A stretch of 20,308 bases of DNA, taken from Promethearchaeota archaeon. Its GTDB lineage: Archaea; Asgardarchaeota; Lokiarchaeia; Sigyniarchaeales; SOKP01. The notes under the pieces are model-generated. The model saw nothing but the letters and a program-made list of their open reading frames with translations. It did not search any database and was not told where the DNA came from. Numbering within the stretch: position 1 is the first letter of the stretch; every line of letters begins with the position of its first letter. The translations under genes were made by a program, and so were the position numbers. Below, in pieces: positions 1 through 7,293 of this stretch. Location of the stretch: contig JABXKB010000043.1 of the NCBI GenBank assembly GCA_013375485.1, positions 1 through 20,308 of the forward strand, given 5' to 3'.

Positions 1-1251
1 ACCTTCAAGAGTTATATTTTCTTTTGGAGTGGTCAACTTTTTTCATTGTTAGGGTCATCCGTTACGCAATTTGTAATTGTCTGGTGGATTACTATTACCA
101 CGAAAAGCGTAGTTATGCTTTCAATTGCGAGTTTTTTATATATGGTGCCAATGACAATCATAATTCCTATTGCTGGTGTAATTATTGATAGATATAACCG
201 AAAAAGAATAATAATTATAGTAGATTCGCTTCAGGCAATTATAACACTTTTTATATTAATATTATTTAATATGGAAATAGCAGACCCAATAATGGTAATG
301 TTGCTAAATGGCTTGCTAGGATTATTTCAGGGTTTTCATATGCCAACGGTGAGTGCCATTGTTCCTACGATGGTACCCAAAGAAAATCTAAGCCGAATAA
401 ATGGTGTTAGTTATCTATTTACAGGTTTTATTAATATATTGGGTCCTTTAGTAGCTGCTACATTATTAGCATTTATGCCCATTAAAACAATACTATGGAT
501 TGATCCAATAACGTTCATAATTGCCTTTATTCCTTTAATTTTGATTAAGATACCTAAGATTAAAACTGCAAACACGAGAGATAAAAAGAATTCTTTTTCA
601 AAAGAATTTAAAGAAGGTTTTCAGATGTTAAAATTAATTCCGGTTGTTTCAATGATGTTATTAACATCAATGTTTCTTAATGTTTTACGTTGGCCAATTC
701 ATCTCCTAAGGCCCTATTTTGTAAGGTTCATACATTCAGGCACTGCATTAGATTTAGCATTTATTTCTGCTTTTTTTTATGGTGGTATGTTATTGGGAGC
801 ACTTGCAACATCAATTAAGAAAAACTGGAAACATAAAATCTTCATATATTTTAGTGGTAATATTGGTACAGTGCTCACACTTGTTATTTTTGCTTTTTCT
901 CCTAAAGGATGGTTCCTATTGTTGGGTATTGCTGGTGCCTTTTATGGAGTAATAATACCATTTTTAAATACAATTTATTTAACGATGATGCAGATACAAG
1001 TACCACTAGAAAAAATGGGTCGATTAAGTTCAATTGATATGACAATCTCTATGGCATTGACACCAATTGCAACACTTTCTATGGGATTTCTGGCTGAAAT
1101 TATTGGTGTCCGCAACCTATTCCTTTATTGTGCAATAATAGGCATGGTTATTACGATTATAATATGGCGATTTACGAGTGTACGATATACTGGCAAAAGC
1201 ATTAAAGAAGTCGTTGTGACTGAAATTGAGGAGTCAGAAAAAAAATCTTAA
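1..1251 (+). CDS. MFS-type transporter, 5'-truncated by the window edge
   Basis: The frame is open from base 1 (TFKSYIFFWSGQLFSLLGSS...), in frame with the listed 46..1251 ORF. The protein is hydrophobic throughout, with roughly 10 or more predicted TM helices. The N-terminal W-x-G-Q-L-x-S-x-x-G motif and the short charged loop DRYNRKR after TM2 are typical of MFS (DHA3/EntS-like) permeases. Confidence 0.75.
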   Translation, partial: TFKSYIFFWSGQLFSLLGSSVTQFVIVWWITITTKSVVMLSIASFLYMVPMTIIIPIAGVIIDRYNRKRIIIIVDSLQAIITLFILILFNMEIADPIMVMLLNGLLGLFQGFHMPTVSAIVPTMVPKENLSRINGVSYLFTGFINILGPLVAATLLAFMPIKTILWIDPITFIIAFIPLILIKIPKIKTANTRDKKNSFSKEFKEGFQMLKLIPVVSMMLLTSMFLNVLRWPIHLLRPYFVRFIHSGTALDLAFISAFFYGGMLLGALATSIKKNWKHKIFIYFSGNIGTVLTLVIFAFSPKGWFLLLGIAGAFYGVIIPFLNTIYLTMMQIQVPLEKMGRLSSIDMTISMALTPIATLSMGFLAEIIGVRNLFLYCAIIGMVITIIIWRFTSVRYTGKSIKEVVVTEIEESEKKS

Positions 1252-1298
1252 ATCCTTTCAGTTTATTATCTAAATTTGGTTTCTTTTTGTAATTGGAT

Positions 1299-1310
1299 GT
1301 GAACGTTCAC
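1299..1310. promoter_or_regulatory. Perfect 12-bp palindrome GTGAACGTTCAC, about 95 bp upstream of the 1406 gene
   Basis: Read directly from the sequence: GTGAAC/GTTCAC is self-complementary. It sits in the intergenic region between the MFS stop and the next start. Any function as a transcription-factor site is inference only. Confidence 0.25.
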
Positions 1311-1405
1311 TTTCAGCTTTACACTTCAGTATTACTTCATTAACTTAATCTATTTATAGAGTTGATAATTTTGAATTATTAATTAAAAAGATAATACGAT
1401 GTAAT

Positions 1406-2215
1406 ATGAAAAAGACAATAAGTACTTATGATGAGAAGGCAAGGCTTAGATACAAAATTCGTAATGTAATTACGCCTTGTTTAAATGGTTTTGAAACTTT
1501 CCTAAAGGATGTAAAAAACAAAATTCCTGATTTATTTCCTAAAATAATAGACAATTTAAATACAATATATGAAAAGATTGAGAAATATAATGTTTCAATT
1601 GAATCAGATTATGAAATTCTTAATCAGTATCCTAAAATATTAGATGGAAGTTTAAATCAGGTTTTGTCTCTGGTAAATTATAATAAATATAGTCCAGATT
1701 CTATTGATGAAGAGATTGATATTGAAGCTTTTGATCTTATATGTACCTTTACCCATTTTGAATATTTTTTTATGAGTTCGTTATTAAAAGTAATGCCTCG
1801 AGAAGAAGCAATTGAGTATGTTAAAAATATGGCAGATAAAATTGCTCAATCAAGAAGAGAGCCAGATAGATATGTTAATTCTTTTGAAGAACTTATTGAA
1901 CGTGACAAACCTAATTTCGAAAGATGGCAGTCTCAAGATCTAGTTTATGATATTATAGATGATGGAAAAATGCTTTATAAAGTAACAAAATGCAGATGGG
2001 GTGAAGTAATGAAAGAATTTGATTTGGAATTTTGTTATGCCTTGAACTGTTATAGTGATTTTGAGACTACAAAAAATCAGAATCCGAATTTTGTTATCAC
2101 GAGAACAAAAACTATATTGATGGGGGATGAATATTGCGATTTCTGTTATCATGATTCACGAAAAGACAAAGATTTAATTCATCCTTCAGAAAAAGACTTC
2201 CAAGAGTTGGGTTAA
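1406..2215 (+). CDS. L-2-amino-thiazoline-4-carboxylic acid hydrolase-like (ATC_hydrolase family) protein
   Basis: ATG start. The C-terminal segment KVTKCRWGEVMKEFDLEFCYALNCYSDFE...ITRTKTILMGDEYCDFCYH matches the conserved Cys-containing pattern of the ATC_hydrolase family (C...FC..D....R.tl..G...CDF). Recognised from memory of the family, not searched. Confidence 0.5.
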   Translation: MKKTISTYDEKARLRYKIRNVITPCLNGFETFLKDVKNKIPDLFPKIIDNLNTIYEKIEKYNVSIESDYEILNQYPKILDGSLNQVLSLVNYNKYSPDSIDEEIDIEAFDLICTFTHFEYFFMSSLLKVMPREEAIEYVKNMADKIAQSRREPDRYVNSFEELIERDKPNFERWQSQDLVYDIIDDGKMLYKVTKCRWGEVMKEFDLEFCYALNCYSDFETTKNQNPNFVITRTKTILMGDEYCDFCYHDSRKDKDLIHPSEKDFQELG

Positions 2216-2271
2216 TTAATTTTTTTCATTTCTATTATAAAAAATATTGAATTATATGGTTGGAATCTATT

Positions 2272-2841
2272 ATGAAAAAAGTATGTTGTTTTATATATGA
2301 TGATTTTGCTGATTTTGAAATAGTTCTTGCGTGCATAGCAATAAATCAAGCTGAAGATTATAAAATAGAATTTATAGCATATGAACGTTCACCAATTAAA
2401 AGTTCTGGAGGATTAACAATTATTCCTGATAAAGTAGTTTCGGAGATCTCTCAAACAAATGATATTGAAGGTATTATAATTCCTGGAGGAAATGGGAGAA
2501 TCGTAAACCCGGAACTTACAAAATTAATTAAACAATTAAATGAAGAGAAAAAATTGATAGCAGCTATTTGTGCGGGACCAGAATTTTTGGCAAAAATCGG
2601 GGTATTAAATGGAGTAAAATATACAACTTCAGAGAGCCCAGAAATGTATGAAGAGAAAAAGGAAGTAGATCCTTTTCCAAGAGATACATTTGTTGACAAA
2701 AGAGTAGTTCAAGATGGAAATATAATTACAGCTCAAGGCTTTGCGTTTGTAGATTTTGCTCTTGAGATCTGGAATTGGCTTAATCTATATGAGAATGATT
2801 CTGAGAAAGAAGAAGATAAAAAATTATTTACTCCAAATTAA
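2272..2841 (+). CDS. DJ-1/PfpI family (class I glutamine amidotransferase-like) protein
   Basis: Contains IIIPGGNG and the nucleophile-elbow motif AAICAGPEFLA, followed by DGNIITAQG, in the classic DJ-1/PfpI order. The ORF track opens at TTG 2260, but ATG 2272 (MKKVCCFIYDD) is the more likely start. Confidence 0.75.
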   Translation: MKKVCCFIYDDFADFEIVLACIAINQAEDYKIEFIAYERSPIKSSGGLTIIPDKVVSEISQTNDIEGIIIPGGNGRIVNPELTKLIKQLNEEKKLIAAICAGPEFLAKIGVLNGVKYTTSESPEMYEEKKEVDPFPRDTFVDKRVVQDGNIITAQGFAFVDFALEIWNWLNLYENDSEKEEDKKLFTPN

Positions 2842-2865
2842 AATAAAATTCCAAAAAAAATTTAA

Positions 2866-3633
2866 TTATTCTTTTTTATATCCAACTTTAATTGTTATTG
2901 AAACAGACTCATCAAAAGCTTGACCCTCGACTTCGCATTTAAATGGCATCTCTTCAGAGGTAAATAATTCCTTGAAATATCCAAGCCAATAAATACCATA
3001 TCTCTTACTTTGTCTATGTCTAAAAAGTAGATGAAATTGATCTTCACTTTCTTTTTTTACATCGATAGTATGAAAATAGTTAGCAACAACCCACATCTTT
3101 TGGATAGTCTTAATAATTTCTTCTATAGTAAGACTTTTGAGTGGTTTCGACTCGTTATACCATAGAATTAAATCGATTGCTACATTTTTATGCCATGGTT
3201 TTTCCAAGCTTTCTTCAGGAGCTTTTGCAGCTGCTATTAACTGATTAAAAGTAGTTTTCCCTATAAGCATCATTTTCATTTCATCCCTTGCACGCACCCA
3301 AAGATCTCTATCGAGGTTTTTCTGTTCTCCATAGTATTTAATCGCACGTTCTACAAATGAGATCTCAGATTCCTCTTCATTCTTGTATTTTTTAATGGTT
3401 GCTTGAACTTCAGGGGATATTGAATTAAAATCATCATAACATTTCACAGCATTTTTTACTAAATCAGATATTGTAGTACCAGTATCTTTGTATTTATCGA
3501 TTAAACTCCTAGTATCATCGCTCACCTTAACATATATTGGCTTATCTTTAGATTCGGGTTCTTTAATCTCACCTTTTTGAGTTCCATTAGTTTTATCGTC
3601 AATTTTTTCATTCTTTTTAGACAATTGAATCAA
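2866..3633 (-). CDS. Hypothetical protein; possible ribbon-helix-helix N-terminal DNA-binding domain plus an unknown C-terminal domain
   Basis: 255-aa ORF with no overlap to neighbours. After a K/E-rich leader, PIYVKVSDDTRSLIDKYKDTGTTISDLVKNAVKCY has a strand-helix-helix pattern reminiscent of CopG/RHH. The remainder (W/Y-rich, ...RYGIYWLGYFKELF...) is not recognisable. Confidence 0.35.
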   Translation of the reverse strand: MIQLSKKNEKIDDKTNGTQKGEIKEPESKDKPIYVKVSDDTRSLIDKYKDTGTTISDLVKNAVKCYDDFNSISPEVQATIKKYKNEEESEISFVERAIKYYGEQKNLDRDLWVRARDEMKMMLIGKTTFNQLIAAAKAPEESLEKPWHKNVAIDLILWYNESKPLKSLTIEEIIKTIQKMWVVANYFHTIDVKKESEDQFHLLFRHRQSKRYGIYWLGYFKELFTSEEMPFKCEVEGQAFDESVSITIKVGYKKE

Positions 3634-3708
3634 CTCCTTTATTCTTCACCTTTTTTTTACAGTCTTTCATTTAGAATATATATCTTTATATTAATAAAGT
3701 TTAATTTT

Positions 3709-3740
3709 ATTTAATAAAGGAAAAAAGAGCTTTATTAAAT
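3709..3740. promoter_or_regulatory. Perfect 11-bp inverted repeat (ATTTAATAAAG - 10 nt - CTTTATTAAAT) in a divergent promoter region
   Basis: Read directly: 3709-3719 is the exact reverse complement of 3730-3740. A further direct copy, TTAATAAAG, lies at 3691-3699. The repeat is in the 345-bp spacer between the divergent genes ending at 3633 and starting at 3979. Confidence 0.3.
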
Positions 3741-3930
3741 ATTTTTTTGAATATATAAACTTATATATAAAAAGAATACTTAATTCTTCGCAATTTTCTA
3801 TTTATTTATATATATTAATATATATATCTCAATATTTAAATTTAAAGGTTTCTCGCTTTTTTTATATAATTCTTTAATTATCATAACATTTAAATATATG
3901 AGTATATAGAAATATATTGAGAATAAAAAA

Positions 3931-3960
3931 AAATATAAAGAAATATAAAGAAATATAATA
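3931..3960. repeat. Three tandem 10-bp units (AAATATAAAG x2, AAATATAATA), TATA-box-like, immediately upstream of the 3979 gene
   Basis: Read directly. Each unit contains an ATATAA core. A GGTG Shine-Dalgarno-like element follows at 3962-3965, ahead of the GTG start at 3979. Confidence 0.4.
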
Positions 3961-3978
3961 AGGTGTGGGAAAAAAAAA

Positions 3979-4482
3979 GTGACATTTGTCCCAATAATTG
4001 TACCTAATAGACAAAGAAATAGTTATAGATCCAGATCAGGGAGTGCATGTGCTGCTGTGGCTTTGGCTCTAGTTATTTTTGGATTATTGTCTTTTGTAAT
4101 GTTTGGTATGTTTGATCTAAATAGGTTTAGTTTTCCTCCAATGATCTTTTTGAGTGGATTTATTGTATTCATTATAATTATCATTGGCATTAGTGCAATT
4201 TCAATATCGATAAGTGAAACCTACAAGAAACCGAAAGAACAGCACTTGAAATCATATTATTCTCATTTTCAAAGCCAAACTCAACCTCAGAAACAAAGAC
4301 AACAATTTAATCCTTATATAATTCATAAGTCTATTCAAAATGAACCTGAAGAACATATCTATAAAGAAATTAAACGAGATATACCTGTAGTCTCAGATAT
4401 TAACTATTGTAGATTTTGCGGAGCAAAAGTTGATAGAGATGCAGTTTTTTGCTATCAATGTGGAATTAATATTTCCTCTTAA
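3979..4482 (+). CDS. Membrane protein with a C-terminal zinc-ribbon domain
   Basis: GTG start. Two hydrophobic helices (AAVALALVIFGLLSFVMFGMF and MIFLSGFIVFIIIIIGISAISISI) are followed by a Q-rich linker and a C-terminal CRFCGAKVDRDAVFCYQCG motif (CxxC-x10-CxxC zinc ribbon). Confidence 0.6.
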   Translation: MTFVPIIVPNRQRNSYRSRSGSACAAVALALVIFGLLSFVMFGMFDLNRFSFPPMIFLSGFIVFIIIIIGISAISISISETYKKPKEQHLKSYYSHFQSQTQPQKQRQQFNPYIIHKSIQNEPEEHIYKEIKRDIPVVSDINYCRFCGAKVDRDAVFCYQCGINISS

Positions 4483-4550
4483 AATGTTTTTATGATTTAA
4501 AAATTAAATTAAGTTTAACCCGTAAGAAAGGGAGAGTAAATTCAGATAAG

Positions 4551-5468
4551 ATGCAAACAAGGGCAATTAGAAAATTATCCACTATTCAATGGAAAAAAAA
4601 GGATAATATAGCTACTGTGTTAATCATTTTTGTTGGCTTAGGTTTAACATTTATAGGATCATTTTATAATGAGTTTTATAATATATTTTTTAGTACATGC
4701 GTAGGTTTATTTTTTGGAGGGATTATTTTATCAACAATTTCAACATTTCTTGCTCAAATGGAATCAAATATTACTGGAGCTGGTGAAATAGATGTTGATA
4801 TAGATGCTGATGTTGATATAGATGCTGATGTTGATATAGATGCTGATGTTGATGTCGATATAGATGCAGATGTTGATGTCGATATAGATGCAGATGTTGA
4901 TGTCGATATAGATGCAGATGTTGATGTCGATATAGATGCTGACGTTGATGTTGATATAGATACTGATGTCGATATAGATGCAGATGTTGATGTAGACAGT
5001 GATATTGATGTTGATACGGATCTTATTGCTACAGTCACTCCCGCTCCAATCATGCTTTTATTCTCTTCAGGATTTTTAATTTTTGGAATTTCAGGAATTT
5101 TATTATATCAATTAATTGAAGGAACACTGCGATTTATAATTCTTTTTATTGCACCCTCATTAGCATACTTAACTACGAAGATTATTAATTTTGCCTGGAA
5201 AATTATCGCAAAATCAAGATATTACAGGATCTCATCAACGCAAAATTTATTAGGGATTCAGGGAGAGGTATTATTGCGTGTTGATGAAAGGGGCGGTATT
5301 ATTAAGATACCATCTAATACACCATTGAGATTTGAAAGATTACATGTTAAACCAGTATTTGACTCATTTCATTTTGAGAGAGGGGAAAAAGTGTATATTT
5401 GTGATGTGAGAAATGGATATTTGTTGGTTGATAATAATAAAAAATCAATAAAAAAAAGGAGGTTATAA
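4551..5468 (+). CDS. NfeD-like membrane protein (YqiJ/YuaF-type) with an internal alternating Asp-X repeat
   Basis: Two N-terminal TM helices, then the 79-aa repeat, then two more TM helices. The C-terminal soluble domain LLGIQGEVLLRVDERGGIIKIPSN...ERGEKVYICDVRNGYLLVD fits the NfeD OB-fold pattern (G.G.v....G.v........G..V.v..v.g..l.V). The gene lies upstream of an SPFH/flotillin gene, as NfeD genes typically do. Confidence 0.6.
   Translation: MQTRAIRKLSTIQWKKKDNIATVLIIFVGLGLTFIGSFYNEFYNIFFSTCVGLFFGGIILSTISTFLAQMESNITGAGEIDVDIDADVDIDADVDIDADVDVDIDADVDVDIDADVDVDIDADVDVDIDADVDVDIDTDVDIDADVDVDSDIDVDTDLIATVTPAPIMLLFSSGFLIFGISGILLYQLIEGTLRFIILFIAPSLAYLTTKIINFAWKIIAKSRYYRISSTQNLLGIQGEVLLRVDERGGIIKIPSNTPLRFERLHVKPVFDSFHFERGEKVYICDVRNGYLLVDNNKKSIKKRRL
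4785..5021 (+). repeat. In-frame tandem repeat of 18-bp (GATGTTGATATAGATGCT = DVDIDA) and 24-bp (GATGTTGATGTCGATATAGATGCA = DVDVDIDA) units
   Basis: Read directly. Near-identical units repeat across 237 bp and encode a strictly alternating (Asp-Val/Ile/Ala/Thr/Ser) dipeptide run, EIDVDIDADVDIDA...DVDSDIDVDTD. Confidence 0.95.
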
Positions 5469-5472
5469 AGAT

Positions 5473-5706
5473 ATGAGTGTTGAAGAAGTGATAATAGATA
5501 AGACGATCGTTATTAAGAGTTTAAAACAAAATCATCAAAATACCATAAAAATAATAGAAGAAGATGAGCATGAAAAGAGAATCTTTACAAAAATCAAACG
5601 TAAATATAGACTAATGCTAGCATTCCTATTCTTTCTTTCAATTATACTTATATTCATGATACTTCCTATGGTTATAGGTGCAATTACTCAAGGTTTGTGG
5701 GGGTAA
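5473..5706 (+). CDS. Small tail-anchored membrane protein (hypothetical)
   Basis: ATG lies 4 nt after the NfeD-like stop and is preceded by AGGAGGT inside the upstream gene's end, suggesting translational coupling. There is a single C-terminal TM helix (LMLAFLFFLSIILIFMILPMVIGAI). Confidence 0.5.
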   Translation: MSVEEVIIDKTIVIKSLKQNHQNTIKIIEEDEHEKRIFTKIKRKYRLMLAFLFFLSIILIFMILPMVIGAITQGLWG

Positions 5707-5812
5707 ATCATGGTTTTTTCTAAATTTAATAATTTCTTTTAAAAAATCTACAAAAAAATGGAAAACAATATTATTTTATAAAAATTAAAGATAGGAGGTT
5801 TAGATACTAAAA

Positions 5813-6982
5813 GTGTTATTACAAGAATTAAATCCTTGGTTTGTAGGGCTCGGAGTAACAATAGGTATAATAATCTTTCTATTTGTAATTTTTCTTGCTG
5901 CTCGGTATAGGAAGTTTAAAACTAACCAATTCGTTATACATTTACGAAATGGTAAGGTGAAACATGCTGGATTAGGTGGAAGTTTATTTCTTCTTCCATT
6001 GATAGATGAATACATCGTCATTCCAACTACTAGTATTCAAACTTTAGTTGCAGCTCATGAACAGGTTGTTTCAAAAGAATATCAAAATATTGAGATCGAA
6101 GGATTACTGATTTGGAAGGTTGTTGATCCAGAAAAAGCATTTAGTGCAGTATCATGGAATATGAGAGATGATAACTATATTGAAAAAATATTAAAAGGCG
6201 CAACCGAAGCGATCATTCGTACTACATGTGCCAATATGCCTTTAGAGAAGATCATTAGAGAAAGAAGAGAGATAATTGATCATATTGAAAAAGATTTACA
6301 TGAATTAACAGCTGATTGGGGTATAATAATCGAATCTTTAGAAATAATTGAAGTTATTATTGGCGAACCTGAACTAAAAAAGAATATGGAAGCAACTAAG
6401 CAAGCAGAAGAATTCAGGAAAGCTAGAATTGCTAAAGCTGAAGCTGAAAGAGAGTCAAAAATGAGAGAATTAGAAGTAAAAAACGAGCTTGGTATTCAAG
6501 AACAACTCGTTGAAAGAGAGATTGAATTACGGCGAAAAGATAAAGAAATTGCCATCGCAGAACAAGAAAGAGAACGCAAGAAAATTGAAGCAGATGGAGA
6601 TCGACTGAAGAAGATAATCGAAGTTGATGCTGAAGCTCAACAAATAAAACGGAAATTAATTGCTCAAGCAGAAGGTGAAGCTGAGAATATAAAGCAACAA
6701 ATGCTCGCTCAAGCGGAAGGTTTTAAGAAACAAGTTGAAGCAATGAGTACTGCTGATGAAAGGTTCTTAGCAGTTCAATTAACGAATATTTTACCGGAGA
6801 TATTTAAGAATCTCAATCCAGACAAGATGTTTATAATGGGAGATGGAAATGAAGCTTTCAGTTCCCTTTCTCGAGCAATAATGCCATTCTTACAACTTTT
6901 ACCCGAATATTCAGATAAGATCAAGGATTTTTTTAACAACGGAGGAACCAAAAAACTAGAAGAAATATTAGTTAAAAAGTAG
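5813..6982 (+). CDS. SPFH/Band-7 family protein, flotillin-like (YqiK/FloT type)
   Basis: GTG start preceded by AGGAGGT. An N-terminal membrane helix is followed by an SPFH core (RYRKFKTNQFVIHLRNGK...LPLIDEYIVIPT...IEGLLIWKVVDPEKA). A long E/A/K-rich coiled coil then follows (AKAEAERESKMRELE...AQAEGEAENIKQQMLAQAEGFKKQ), and the flotillin-type tail ends the protein (LPEIFKNLNPDKMFIMGDG). Confidence 0.8.
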   Translation: MLLQELNPWFVGLGVTIGIIIFLFVIFLAARYRKFKTNQFVIHLRNGKVKHAGLGGSLFLLPLIDEYIVIPTTSIQTLVAAHEQVVSKEYQNIEIEGLLIWKVVDPEKAFSAVSWNMRDDNYIEKILKGATEAIIRTTCANMPLEKIIRERREIIDHIEKDLHELTADWGIIIESLEIIEVIIGEPELKKNMEATKQAEEFRKARIAKAEAERESKMRELEVKNELGIQEQLVEREIELRRKDKEIAIAEQERERKKIEADGDRLKKIIEVDAEAQQIKRKLIAQAEGEAENIKQQMLAQAEGFKKQVEAMSTADERFLAVQLTNILPEIFKNLNPDKMFIMGDGNEAFSSLSRAIMPFLQLLPEYSDKIKDFFNNGGTKKLEEILVKK

Positions 6983-7000
6983 TTTTATTTTTTTTTTTTT
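6983..7000 (+). terminator. Oligo-T tract (TTTTATTTTTTTTTTTTT) directly after the flotillin stop codon
   Basis: Read directly. Oligo-T runs are the established archaeal intrinsic termination signal. Confidence 0.55.
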
Positions 7001-7021
7001 AATAAATTATCAACATAAATT

Positions 7022-7225
7022 ATGGAAGGGATTAAAATGTCAAAAATTAAGATTGTAAAAGTTAGTGCTAAAGCCCAACAGATTAAAAAGAATTTTATTG
7101 CACAAATGGGAGGATCCAAGGAAAATTATGAGGCAATAATTAATGCTGAAGGAAGATATCTAGCAAGGTTAAAAGATATACTTCCAGAAAATTATTTTAG
7201 GTATCAAAATATCTACCGTTTTTAA
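7022..7225 (+). pseudogene. Degenerate duplicate of the flotillin C-terminal region (67-aa ORF; remnant or micro-protein)
   Basis: VSAKAQQIKKNFIAQMGGSKENYEAIINAEGRYLARLKDILPENYF aligns by eye with flotillin residues VDAEAQQIKRKLIAQAEGEAENIKQQ...AEGF...RFLAVQLTNILPEIF (about 6623-6815). Codon-level nucleotide similarity is also visible. Confidence 0.45.
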
Positions 7226-7293
7226 TATTTCACATCAATTTAATGAAATATCATTTTTATTATTTTAATAACATTTATGGGGTTTCTTAAGGT

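Noticed and set aside
1940-2699. Minus-strand ORFs 1940..2152 and 2451..2699
   Set aside because: Both are fully embedded antisense to well-supported genes (the ATC-hydrolase-like and DJ-1/PfpI genes). They have low-complexity, F/I/S-rich translations typical of shadow ORFs in AT-rich DNA.
4785-5021. Possible CRISPR array or non-coding satellite, because of the regular short repeats
   Set aside because: The units are contiguous with no unique spacers. Their lengths are multiples of 3, they sit in frame inside a long ORF, and no cas genes are nearby.
4754-5053. 99-aa minus-strand ORF (…STSASISTSTSASI…) opposite the Asp-X repeat
   Set aside because: It is the antisense reading of the tandem repeat. 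It is open only because the GAT/GTT/ATA units lack stops in that frame. The plus-strand frame is continuous with flanking TM helices and an NfeD-like domain.
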